Source of the DNA: Eubacteriales bacterium
Lineage (GTDB): Bacteria; Bacillota; Clostridia; Oscillospirales; CAG-272
Length of the DNA stretch: 64,000 bases
Assembly (NCBI GenBank): GCA_045653105.1
Contig: JAZOLL010000047.1
Coordinates: forward strand, 698 to 64,697
Direction: 5' to 3'
A model generated the notes under the pieces. The model was not told the origin of the DNA and ran no database searches. It was given only the letters and a program-made list of their open reading frames with translations. Positions 35,873-45,280 of the stretch are shown here, one piece after another. Position 1 is the stretch's first letter, and every line of letters begins with the position of its first letter. Made by a program: the position numbers and the translations under genes.

Positions 35873-37885
35873 TCAAATATCAAGATCTGCGCTGGTTGGT
35901 GTGGTGTCGCGTGTAACGTATCCGCGTTTTTTATCTCTGTTTCCAAATCGTATATACGCGCAGGAGATTCCCGCAACCACCCAGAACAGAAACAGTATTC
36001 TGTAATTATAAAAGACGTTATCAAAAGCTCCCATAACCAAAGCACCGATAATTCCGGAAAATGCCGCAGACGACATTAATGTTATTTTTCTATCGTTATT
36101 GTTCTTTAAAAACTCAAAGTTTTTCTGTACAAACAGGAACAAGAACACACCAAAAATCAAAAGTCCGAATATACCGAGCGCCAGGAGTATCTGTAAAAAC
36201 ATCGAGTGACTGTGCTCCGCAGCCTCCATACCCGAGTACGCGTAGCTCGGATAAATCTCAGAGAACGCCTCGTTTCCATAACCTATACCGCCAAGGAAGT
36301 TGTCCTTTATAGCCGCAAGAGTTCCCTTCCACGTATAGAGTCTATAATAGATCGACGAATCCGTAAGATCCACAATACTCATAAAGCGTGTCTTTATTCC
36401 AAGAGGAATGAAGAAGTTGACTACCGGAAGTGTGAGCAAAATTGCTATGATGACCGATACCGTCTTTCTCGTTCTGGTAGCGAGGAAAAACACCGTGCTG
36501 ACTATAAGGGCAAGCCACGCTCCGCGAGACCAAGTGAAGATCACGCACAAAAGCACTGCAAGGATTGAGAGAAAACCAAGTATCTTTTCCTTTCTGACTC
36601 TCGCTCTCGATGCCTTTGCCAAAATCAGCGGGAATGTGAGAACGAGGTACATAGCCAAAATGTTTGGGTTGTCGAAGAGCGATACCGCTCTACCCTCTAT
36701 ATAAGAGAATTTGGAGAGATCTACCCATCCCTTTGTGGCAAGTCCGAGCGAATATTCCAAAACGCCTATAACGGCAACGCTCACCGAGGAAAATACGAGC
36801 GCGTTTACGCATCTGTCAAGCCATTTTTCTGTTCGCATAAGGTTTACTACACAGAAAAATCCAAATATCAAAATACAACTCAAAAGTGCCGAGCGGAAGG
36901 ACTCACTACCTCCCACTGTAATTATTCCTCCCATCATGATCATAATCATAAAGGCGATTATCGAGAGGTCTATAATTTTTATTTTGAATATTCTCTTGCC
37001 TCTGAGAAGCTTTACGATATAGGAAAAGGAAGAAATACCAACCAGTATCGTGAGGGCTACAGATGGATGCCCAAGCAGTGAGCAAAATGGGACCATAAAA
37101 ATACTTATTACGATTCCTATCTCAGGAGATACGAACACCATTGCCAAAAACAAAAATCCAAGAATTGCAATCGGCAAATACAAGGGTGAGACCACAACTG
37201 TCAAAAGTCCCGCTATCATTCCCCAAAGGATAGAAAAGCTCTGTCTTCTTTTTTCTGTAGCAACGTCGATATCCAGACTTTCGCTCTTGAATCCCAAAAC
37301 GTCGATAAAGAGTATATTTGCGAGATATCCCGAAAGTATACTGCGTCCAAGGCTCTTACCAGAGGAAACAAGCGGCAATGACAACAAAATGCAGGAAATC
37401 GATGTAAAGAGCGCGATGTTGTCAACTGCCATTTCAAAAATGAACAACTGTGTTGCATACACAACAGCAGAATACACACCGAAGGAAAGCAAAAACTTTC
37501 CGTAAGTCTTAAGAGGAAGTCTCAAAAGGTAAAGTCCAAACACTTTGAGCTTATTTAGGAAGAAGCTTGTCTCAAGCACTCTCTCGAAAAATTGCTTTAT
37601 TTTTCTCGAACGCTCAAGCGGTACAATTCCTTCGCCGATATAGCACTTAACCGCACCCTGCTCAAACGCGCGCTGTTCGGAAGAATATGCGGTAAAAACT
37701 CGTCCCGCAATACTTTTTATCAAGAAGTTATAAAGAAAGTCGGTAAATCTGACAATCAAATTTACTATCAAGCTAAGAGAGAAAAGTCGTGATATTTTTT
37801 TCTTATGTGCGTTATAGGTTTTTTTAACTTCAGCCGTTTTCTCGGCTCTGCTTTTTTTCTCCTTCTTTCTCAACGAGAGACTCAC
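35873..37885 (-). CDS. O-antigen ligase/polymerase family (Wzy_C) membrane protein
   Basis: TWSRGAWLALIVS..., LGGIGYGNEAF, HSHSMFLQILLALGIFG. GTG start overlaps the trmD stop (GTGA). Confidence 0.65.
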   Translation of the reverse strand: MSLSLRKKEKKSRAEKTAEVKKTYNAHKKKISRLFSLSLIVNLIVRFTDFLYNFLIKSIAGRVFTAYSSEQRAFEQGAVKCYIGEGIVPLERSRKIKQFFERVLETSFFLNKLKVFGLYLLRLPLKTYGKFLLSFGVYSAVVYATQLFIFEMAVDNIALFTSISCILLSLPLVSSGKSLGRSILSGYLANILFIDVLGFKSESLDIDVATEKRRQSFSILWGMIAGLLTVVVSPLYLPIAILGFLFLAMVFVSPEIGIVISIFMVPFCSLLGHPSVALTILVGISSFSYIVKLLRGKRIFKIKIIDLSIIAFMIMIMMGGIITVGGSESFRSALLSCILIFGFFCVVNLMRTEKWLDRCVNALVFSSVSVAVIGVLEYSLGLATKGWVDLSKFSYIEGRAVSLFDNPNILAMYLVLTFPLILAKASRARVRKEKILGFLSILAVLLCVIFTWSRGAWLALIVSTVFFLATRTRKTVSVIIAILLTLPVVNFFIPLGIKTRFMSIVDLTDSSIYYRLYTWKGTLAAIKDNFLGGIGYGNEAFSEIYPSYAYSGMEAAEHSHSMFLQILLALGIFGLLIFGVFLFLFVQKNFEFLKNNNDRKITLMSSAAFSGIIGALVMGAFDNVFYNYRILFLFWVVAGISCAYIRFGNRDKKRGYVTRDTTPTSADLDI

Positions 37886-38580
37886 TCCTTTCCGATTTTT
37901 TCTATAAGATCAGGTCGCCTTTGTTTAGTCTTTTCAAGTGACTGCTCGTGTCGCCATGCATCTATTTTTGCATGGTTTCCAGATATCAACACATCGGGCA
38001 CTATCGACCCGTGGAAATCATAGGGTCTTGTATATTGAGGGTACTCTAAAAGACCGCTCGATATGCTTTCATTCATGTGACATTCGGGATCTGAGAGCAC
38101 TCCGTCAACGATCCTTGCCACACTGTCTGTAACTATGCACGCAGGCAACTCGCCGCCTGTTAGTACAAAATCACCGATAGATATCTCCTCGTCCACTATC
38201 TCGTCGATTATTCTCTGATCAACGCCCTCATAGTGTCCGCAAAGAATTATAAGCTGGTCATAGCTTGCAAGCTCCTCGGCTTTCTTTTGGTTAAATATTG
38301 CCCCCGCAGGAGACATATATACAACTCTTCTTGACGCCTCCGGATCGCTATTCTCAACTATATCGCGATAACAGCTATATATGGGAGGGGCCATCATAAG
38401 CATCCCCTTACCTCCTCCGTAGGGTGTATCATCAACTCTGCGATGCTTATCCTCGGAGTAGTCACGGATATTATGGCACCTGACCTCTATCGCTCCGCTT
38501 TTTCTCGCCCTGCCGATTATACTTTCACTTAGTATCCCATCAACAAAGTCAGGAAAAAGCGTCATAATATCAAATCTCAT
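37882..38580 (-). CDS. trmD: tRNA (guanine37-N1)-methyltransferase
   Basis: MRFDIMTLFPDF..., DDTPYGGGKGMLM, CGHYEGVDQR. Confidence 0.9.
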   Translation of the reverse strand: MRFDIMTLFPDFVDGILSESIIGRARKSGAIEVRCHNIRDYSEDKHRRVDDTPYGGGKGMLMMAPPIYSCYRDIVENSDPEASRRVVYMSPAGAIFNQKKAEELASYDQLIILCGHYEGVDQRIIDEIVDEEISIGDFVLTGGELPACIVTDSVARIVDGVLSDPECHMNESISSGLLEYPQYTRPYDFHGSIVPDVLISGNHAKIDAWRHEQSLEKTKQRRPDLIEKIGKE

Positions 38581-38602
38581 ATAAGGACTCTCTTTCTAAA
38601 AA

Positions 38603-39115
38603 TCAATCAAGCATTCCCGGGATAGGTCTGACAAATACCCCTGTCTCTATATCTATTCTGTCTATAAACTCATCAACGGCGGGGATCATTCTCTCTCCGT
38701 TTTCGGTTTTCACGACATAGATATCAGATGCGCCTCTGTTGATGGTTTCAAGAAGTGTTCCGTAAACCTTGCCGGTATCTGCGTCTATAACGTCAAGCCC
38801 TTCAAGATCGCTAATAAAATACTCGCCCTCGGAAAGCTTAAAATCCTCTCTTGCGGCATAGATAACAGTGTTTTTCAAAAGCATAGCCTTGTCCATATCA
38901 TCAACACCCAAAATTTCCGCAATAACGAACTGCTTAAACACTGATGCCGAGCAAAGCTTTTTCTCTGTATAGACACCATCGTTCGAAAGCAAGAAAATTC
39001 TTTTGAGAGAGGTAAAATCCTTTGGTGTATTACACCACGGATCTATTTTAACTCCGCCTCTGAAGCCATGTGTATTTATAATTTTTCCGCATTCTATATA
39101 CTGGTTCTTTTTCAT
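38603..39115 (-). CDS. rimM: 16S rRNA processing protein RimM
   Basis: GKIINTHGFRGGVKI, PRC-barrel C-terminus. ATG 39115 after AGGAG. Confidence 0.85.
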   Translation of the reverse strand: MKKNQYIECGKIINTHGFRGGVKIDPWCNTPKDFTSLKRIFLLSNDGVYTEKKLCSASVFKQFVIAEILGVDDMDKAMLLKNTVIYAAREDFKLSEGEYFISDLEGLDVIDADTGKVYGTLLETINRGASDIYVVKTENGERMIPAVDEFIDRIDIETGVFVRPIPGMLD

Positions 39116-39165
39116 AAGCACTCCTGAAATCTACATAGGTCTACAAGATATAAAAATACATAGTA

Positions 39166-39194
39166 ATTATATCACAACAGAATGTTTTTTTCAA
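39166..39194 (-). promoter_or_regulatory. promoter of rimM-trmD (TTGAAA-17-TATAAT, TG-extended)
   Basis: Reverse strand reads TTGAAAAAAACATTCTGTTGTGATATAAT. Confidence 0.5.
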
Positions 39195-39286
39195 CTGTTT
39201 TCCATTATTTTGTTTAGATTTCATTACAATATATATTAAGCGTCAAAGAAAAAAGGCGTTTTTTAGAGCTTTGCGGCGATAAAAAA

Positions 39287-39312
39287 CCCCGACCACCTCA
39301 CGGTAGTCGGGG
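39287..39312 (-). terminator. intrinsic terminator after the alkaline phosphatase gene
   Basis: CCCCGAC...GTCGGGG stem followed on the minus strand by TTTTTT. Confidence 0.7.
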
Positions 39313-39323
39313 AACAATATTTT

Positions 39324-40733
39324 TTATTTTGTCAAAGCCTTGTGTGTGGACTGATCACCGAAATTATGATTACCCATAAAGCTTGCTATAGTCTGAGGAA
39401 TCTGAATATTCTCAATCGTCTTGCCGTTAAAGAGCTCCGATCCGTCACCGTAAGCAAATACGGGAACGTCATCACTTGAATGATTCGAGCTCATATACAC
39501 GAATCTTCCCTGGGAACTAATACGAAGAGCTCCCGTTTCATGGTCGGCCGTTATGAGTACAAAAGTGTCGGGATTATAGAACGCATACTCCATAAATCTT
39601 GCGATTACCTGGTTGAAACGAAGAAGAGCGTAGAAGGTCTCCTCTGCATCTCTATCGTGACAATGCTTATCTATATGAGCCTCCTCGTACATCAGGAAGA
39701 AGCCGTCCTCATCATTGTCAAGCGTATCGAGTGTTGTAGTCACCTTTCCCTCGATCTCAGCGATCTCATAATGATCGTAGCCGCAATTTATAATAGTTCC
39801 GTACTGCTCGGTAAGTGCTGCCTGACCTGCAAGTATATCAGACGCGTCGCTTCTGTTGTTAGCGTGAGCTGAGAATGACGCAGGAGTAGCACCCGTGGAA
39901 ACTTCGGTTGACATAACTGCTGTGCTCTTTCCGAGAGATGCCGCAAGTTCTGTAAGAGAAGTTACAGGGCTATGGGTTTTATCCTGACCAACATATCCGT
40001 TTCTTGTCTTAAGTCCGCTTGAAAGTGCTGTTCCCCCTGCCGCACTGTCTGTAGTTCCGTCAAGAGAATCTGTTCTCGAAAATCCCTGATTGGGAAGATA
40101 ATATCCATAAAAGATATCTTCTCCGTCATCAAAGTCGCTACCGTTTGCAAAGTTTTGAAAAAGTTTTGTCTGGTTTACACCCATTCCATCGCCTATGAGA
40201 AGGATAAAATTCTTAGCCTCTTTCTTTATCGGCTCGTGGATAGATACTTGCTTGGGGATATCTGCGCTGAAGTCATCTGTGGGAACGTAAGTTTCAACAA
40301 AGAAATATGCGGCAGCCGCTATGATGAAATAATCCCCCTCAAGCGCTATCTGCTTGTCCTCTGCAAGAATAGCAAACTGAACGTTCTTTGTATCGGCATT
40401 AAGGCGAGTGGATATATCTCTCGATGTTTCACCAACAACTATCTCGTATTCGCCTATGACCTCTTCCGAGTCGGAACGAATAACAAGATCGAGCTCTGTG
40501 CGAGCAAGTATCTCTGCCTTTATGTACTCTGCCGCGCGCTGAGCGTAGTCGCAATCCGTATCGTAAACTATCGCGAATTTTTCAAGCTCTACTCCGTTGA
40601 GTGCGGACACGTCGAGATCACCTGCCGGTTGAGCATCAGGATCACCGTTTGTATCGGGATTTTTCTTGTCGCAAGCAAAACAAGCCAGTGCTATCATAAT
40701 AACTGCCATAAACAATGCTAAAAACTTTTTCAT
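39324..40733 (-). CDS. alkaline phosphatase lipoprotein with an extra N-terminal domain
   Basis: Lipobox LACFAC. Core motifs LLIGDGMG, TDSAAGGTA (Ser nucleophile), EEAHIDKHCH, TADHETG. Confidence 0.8.
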   Translation of the reverse strand: MKKFLALFMAVIMIALACFACDKKNPDTNGDPDAQPAGDLDVSALNGVELEKFAIVYDTDCDYAQRAAEYIKAEILARTELDLVIRSDSEEVIGEYEIVVGETSRDISTRLNADTKNVQFAILAEDKQIALEGDYFIIAAAAYFFVETYVPTDDFSADIPKQVSIHEPIKKEAKNFILLIGDGMGVNQTKLFQNFANGSDFDDGEDIFYGYYLPNQGFSRTDSLDGTTDSAAGGTALSSGLKTRNGYVGQDKTHSPVTSLTELAASLGKSTAVMSTEVSTGATPASFSAHANNRSDASDILAGQAALTEQYGTIINCGYDHYEIAEIEGKVTTTLDTLDNDEDGFFLMYEEAHIDKHCHDRDAEETFYALLRFNQVIARFMEYAFYNPDTFVLITADHETGALRISSQGRFVYMSSNHSSDDVPVFAYGDGSELFNGKTIENIQIPQTIASFMGNHNFGDQSTHKALTK

Positions 40734-40751
40734 AATGTCCTCCTTGATTTA

Positions 40752-43700
40752 TCAGAAAAATGAAAGCTGTTCAGCTTCCTCTTGTTGCGGAGCTTCTTTC
40801 TTCGCCGCTTTTTTGGGCTCTTCCTTCTTTTGAGTAGTAGCGCTGCCCAAAGCTTCCCCAAATCCGCCAAATGTGAGTTGATCGGTCTCATTGAGATTTT
40901 TAAGCGCCCCGTTTGTACGAAGCACCTCAACAACACTCTTTGTGAGCTTTGCTCTGGTCTGTAGGTCCTCTATTGAGAAAAAGGGCTCTTCATTTCTTGC
41001 CACGACGATATTTGCCGCCGCGTTCTCTCCAACACCGGGTAGCGCGGAGAACGGCATTCTTATAGCCTTGTCGCCCTCAGGCACGAAAGCGTAAGAATCC
41101 GACTTTTCAATATCTACGGGCAGGAATTTGATTCCTCTTGCCATACATTCGTTAGCAAGCTGGAACGTAGGAATAGATGCCTGCTCCTTGGGTGACGCTT
41201 CCTTTCCACGCTTTTCTATATCCTTTATAGTAGCCATAACAGCCGAGCGTCCTCTCGCAACAAGTGTCGCGTCAAAGCCGCCGGGAGCTACCGTAAACAT
41301 AGCCGAGTAGAATGCTATCGGGATATGTATCTTATACCACGCAAGTCGGATAGCAGACATAACGTATGCCGCCGCGTGAGCCTTCGGGAACATGTATTTT
41401 ATCTTTTTACAAGACGTGAGATACCATTCGGGAACGTTGTGCTCTCGCATAGACGCCTCCCATTCGGGAAGAAGACCTTTTCCCTTACGGACACTTTCCA
41501 TTATCTTAAACGCGAGCGAGTTATCCATGCCGTATCTTATAAGGTCAAGCATGATACCGTCTCTCGTTCCGATAACCTGTGAAATGTCACAAATTCCGTC
41601 CTTTATAAGCTCCTGCGCGTTGCCGAGCCACACGTCTGTTCCGTGGGTAAGTCCGGATATCTGCAACAGGTCCGCAAAGTTTTTCGGTTTTGCCTCAATA
41701 AGCACCTGCTGAAGGAAACGTGTGCCGAACTCGGGAAGTCCGAACGTACCTATCTGCGAGTCGATATCCTCAGGCTTTACTCCGAGTGATTTTGTAGACT
41801 GAAAGAGATCGTAAACCGACTTATCGTTCATCTTTACGTCCATAACACTGGTGTTTGAGAACTTTTCAAGCCATTTATACTTGGTCGGAATATCGTGTCC
41901 GAGCTCATCTAGTTTGAGTATCGTATCGTGAAGATAAGAGAACGCAAAGTGCGTTGTTACTATATCCGAATGCGGGTCGTCCGCAGGGTGCTGAACGGGG
42001 GTAAAGTCGTATATCTCGTATTCACGGGGTACAACTATGATACCGCCCGGATGCTGACCCGTAGTACGCTTTACTCCTACACAGTTCTGAATAAGTCGCT
42101 CCGTCTCTGCTTTTCCTATACTAAACCCGCGCTCTTCAAAGTACTTTGCTACAAATCCAAAGGCGGTCTTGTCCGCAAGCGTACCGAGCGTTCCAGCTCT
42201 GAACACGTTTTCCGCTCCGAAAAGCTCCTCGGTGTACTTATGCACTCTTCCCTGCACATCGCCCGAGAAGTTAAGGTCGATATCGGGAGACTTATCACCC
42301 TTGAATCCAAGGAAGGTCTCAAAGGGGATATCGTGTCCGTCGGCATTCATAAGAGTACCGCAGACGGGGCAATTTTTATCCTCAAGGTCAAAGCCCGAGC
42401 CGACACTTCCGTCTGTGATAAACTCGTTGTGCTGACACTTGGGACAGTAGTAGTGCGGTGGCAGAGGGTTAACCTCGGAAATACCCGCCATCGTAGCAAC
42501 GAATGAGGATCCGACAGATCCGCGAGAGCCTACGAGATAGCCTTGCTTTTCGCTGTATTCAACAAGCTTTTGCGCGATCATGTAAAGCACCGCAAAGCCG
42601 TTTTGTATGATAGACGTGAGCTCTCTGTCAAGTCGCTTGTGTACTATCTCGGGAAGCGGATCTCCGTACATAGACTTTGCCCTTGTCCAACACTTTTCCT
42701 GAAGTTCCTCCTCCGCGCCCTCCATTTTAGGCGTATAAGAGCCCTTGGGGATAGGACGGACCTCCTCTATCATATCGTTTATAAGGTTTGTATTTGTAAC
42801 TACGACCTCATACGCCTTTTCCTCACCGAGATATGCGAACTCCTCAAGCATCTCCTCGGTAGTTCTGAAGTAGATGTGAGTGTCTCTGTCCGCATCCTTA
42901 AACTTAGATGCGATGATTATCTTTCTGTATATCTCGTCCTCTTTATTGAGGAAGTGCGCGTCGCAGGTAGCCACTACGGGCTTATTGTATTTTTCACCGA
43001 GCGCGACTATGCGTCGGTTAAGGTCGCGAAGCGCCTCATCGTCTGCGACCTTTCTCTCTGCAACCAAGAATCTGTTATTCGAGAGAGGCTGTATCTCAAG
43101 ATAATCGTAAAAGTTTACTATCTTCTCAATCTCAGAGTCGGGCTTGCCCTCAAGAATAGCGGTGAAAAGCTCTCCTGCCTCGCAGGCAGAACCGATTATA
43201 AGGCCCTCTCTGTGCTTTTCAAGCTCGGTCTTGGGGATTCTCGGGGTCTTTCTGAAATAAGAAATATAGCTTGAGGATATAAGCTTATAAAGGTTTTTAA
43301 GTCCCTCTTTATTCTTGACGAGAATTATCTGGTGATAAGGACGAAGGATAAGCGGGTTTGTCTTTGTACTCATCTCATTTTGGAGATCCTCAAAGCTCTT
43401 TATATCCATCTCGCTTATCTGTTCGAGCATCTTGAAGAATATGCGCGCGAGCACCTCTGCATCATCACACGCTCTATGATGGTGGAAACCACCGAGGTCA
43501 TAATGCTTTACAAGCACATCAAGCTTGTGCGACTTGAGGTCGGCATTCATATATCTGGAAAGTGCCAGCGTGTCAAGATAAGGAGAATCAAATGGGATAC
43601 CCTGTGCCTTTGCCGCGGCACGTATAAATCCAACGTCGAAATCAGCATTATGCGCTATGAGAAGTCTATCACCCACGAACTCAAGAAATTCGGGAAGCAC

Positions 43701-45254
43701 TTCCTCTATAGTGCGCTCTCCCTTTACCATTTCGTCGGTTATCGAAGTGAGTGCGACGATCTCTTCGGGGATAGGCTCAAGCGGGTCTATAAATGTGTTA
43801 TACGTATCGAGCACCTTTCCCTGCTTTATCTTTACAGCGCCTATCTCGATTATCTTACAGTTGGCGACGGAAAGACCTGTGGTCTCGATATCAAATACAA
43901 CGAACTCGTCGTCAAATCCACCCTCGTATTTGCCGTTTATCGCAGTAGCGGTATCGTTTACGAAATACGCTTCAAGTCCGTAGATGACCTTCATTCCGCA
44001 TTTTTCTGCCGCTATCATTGCTTCGGGATAACCCTGAACGTTCGCGTGGTCTGTGATAGCTACCGCAGGATGTCCCCACGCCTTAGCCGTTTTTACCGCT
44101 ACATCGGGCGGGATCACCGAGTCCATCGCGGACATATTGGTGTGAAGATGAAGCTCCACACGTTTCTTCGGGGCATTGTCCTGTCTGCCTATTTTTGAAA
44201 CGACTGCTATATCGGTAAAGCTGAGGAAAAGCTCGTCGTCATTTCTTTCGTTTTTTGTATAGCCGTGTATCGCAATAACGCTGCCCTTTGATGCCGCGCT
44301 CTTGCACTCCTTTGCTTCCTCGGGAGTAAGAGAATATCTCTTTGCGTATATCGAGGAGTTGCCGTCGAATATTCCTATTACAACGTTGAACTTATCCCCC
44401 GCTCTGTTAGGCTCGGATGAGAACGAGAATACCTCACCGACGAATACGATGTTCTTAACCGCCTTGTTTATGGTTGCTATCGGAACGGGTCTTATATCGA
44501 ACTCGTTACCAAAAGCAAAATTCGGTGACGTGAGATCAAAGGTATAAGCGCCTATCTTTATCTTTCCATCCGCAACAGCAGATTCCTTGAGGTCGAAATC
44601 ATATACGGATGTCATTCTGGGAAGCTTCTCTCCTTCTTCCTCTGCCTCTTTCTGCGGAGCTCTGTTAAAGCCCTCGGCAAGATGCGCCTCATACTCGCGC
44701 TCTGCCGCAGCGAGCTGTCTGTCTATCTCTTCCATTCTGAGCCTTGCCGCCTCGCTCTGCTCTGTGGATACATGATCAGAATAAAGCAGTTCAACACTGA
44801 TTTTTATAGAAAATTCGCTCGCTATGATGTTTTCTATCACAGAGGGAGTCTTTGCGTCCTTGAGCAGTCCTACTCCCTCTTCTCTGAAAGGAATTGTAAT
44901 GCTAAGCTTGTCTCCCTTGAGCTCATATGTATATTCCGAGAAAAATCCCTTTGCCACTGTTCCTACATTTTCTGTCTCTTTGAGTATCTCGGGTACGTAA
45001 TCGTATGTAAAGAGCTCGCTCGGATACTTGGGGAGTATCTTGAAAAATCTGAGCGCATAGACCTCTGCTACGCGACGCTCTATGTCATAAAGTAATTCTT
45101 TATCAACGAGGCGAGAAAACTCCGCTCTCACCTCAAGTATTCTCTTTTCTTTATCTACTCTCGAGAGGACATTCGAGCCCATATCGAGTATCTCGGCATG
45201 CTCTGCCGACGGTGTGTATTTTGAAAGTAGTTCTCTGAGTGTCTTTCCTGCCAC
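40752..45254 (-). CDS. polC: DNA polymerase III alpha subunit, PolC type
   Basis: 1500 aa. GTG start after GGAGAGGG. PHP domain, inserted DEDD exonuclease (FVVFDIETTGLS), polymerase core, and C-terminal beta-clamp motif QLSFF. Confidence 0.95.
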   Translation of the reverse strand: MAGKTLRELLSKYTPSAEHAEILDMGSNVLSRVDKEKRILEVRAEFSRLVDKELLYDIERRVAEVYALRFFKILPKYPSELFTYDYVPEILKETENVGTVAKGFFSEYTYELKGDKLSITIPFREEGVGLLKDAKTPSVIENIIASEFSIKISVELLYSDHVSTEQSEAARLRMEEIDRQLAAAEREYEAHLAEGFNRAPQKEAEEEGEKLPRMTSVYDFDLKESAVADGKIKIGAYTFDLTSPNFAFGNEFDIRPVPIATINKAVKNIVFVGEVFSFSSEPNRAGDKFNVVIGIFDGNSSIYAKRYSLTPEEAKECKSAASKGSVIAIHGYTKNERNDDELFLSFTDIAVVSKIGRQDNAPKKRVELHLHTNMSAMDSVIPPDVAVKTAKAWGHPAVAITDHANVQGYPEAMIAAEKCGMKVIYGLEAYFVNDTATAINGKYEGGFDDEFVVFDIETTGLSVANCKIIEIGAVKIKQGKVLDTYNTFIDPLEPIPEEIVALTSITDEMVKGERTIEEVLPEFLEFVGDRLLIAHNADFDVGFIRAAAKAQGIPFDSPYLDTLALSRYMNADLKSHKLDVLVKHYDLGGFHHHRACDDAEVLARIFFKMLEQISEMDIKSFEDLQNEMSTKTNPLILRPYHQIILVKNKEGLKNLYKLISSSYISYFRKTPRIPKTELEKHREGLIIGSACEAGELFTAILEGKPDSEIEKIVNFYDYLEIQPLSNNRFLVAERKVADDEALRDLNRRIVALGEKYNKPVVATCDAHFLNKEDEIYRKIIIASKFKDADRDTHIYFRTTEEMLEEFAYLGEEKAYEVVVTNTNLINDMIEEVRPIPKGSYTPKMEGAEEELQEKCWTRAKSMYGDPLPEIVHKRLDRELTSIIQNGFAVLYMIAQKLVEYSEKQGYLVGSRGSVGSSFVATMAGISEVNPLPPHYYCPKCQHNEFITDGSVGSGFDLEDKNCPVCGTLMNADGHDIPFETFLGFKGDKSPDIDLNFSGDVQGRVHKYTEELFGAENVFRAGTLGTLADKTAFGFVAKYFEERGFSIGKAETERLIQNCVGVKRTTGQHPGGIIVVPREYEIYDFTPVQHPADDPHSDIVTTHFAFSYLHDTILKLDELGHDIPTKYKWLEKFSNTSVMDVKMNDKSVYDLFQSTKSLGVKPEDIDSQIGTFGLPEFGTRFLQQVLIEAKPKNFADLLQISGLTHGTDVWLGNAQELIKDGICDISQVIGTRDGIMLDLIRYGMDNSLAFKIMESVRKGKGLLPEWEASMREHNVPEWYLTSCKKIKYMFPKAHAAAYVMSAIRLAWYKIHIPIAFYSAMFTVAPGGFDATLVARGRSAVMATIKDIEKRGKEASPKEQASIPTFQLANECMARGIKFLPVDIEKSDSYAFVPEGDKAIRMPFSALPGVGENAAANIVVARNEEPFFSIEDLQTRAKLTKSVVEVLRTNGALKNLNETDQLTFGGFGEALGSATTQKKEEPKKAAKKEAPQQEEAEQLSFF

Positions 45255-45280
45255 TTTGCCCTCTCCTTTTCAGATTATAG

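Noticed and set aside
43332-44198. 288-aa and other 70-240-aa plus-strand ORFs inside polC (40782-45095)
   Set aside because: All are antisense to the 1500-aa PolC reading frame, and none carries a recognisable domain.
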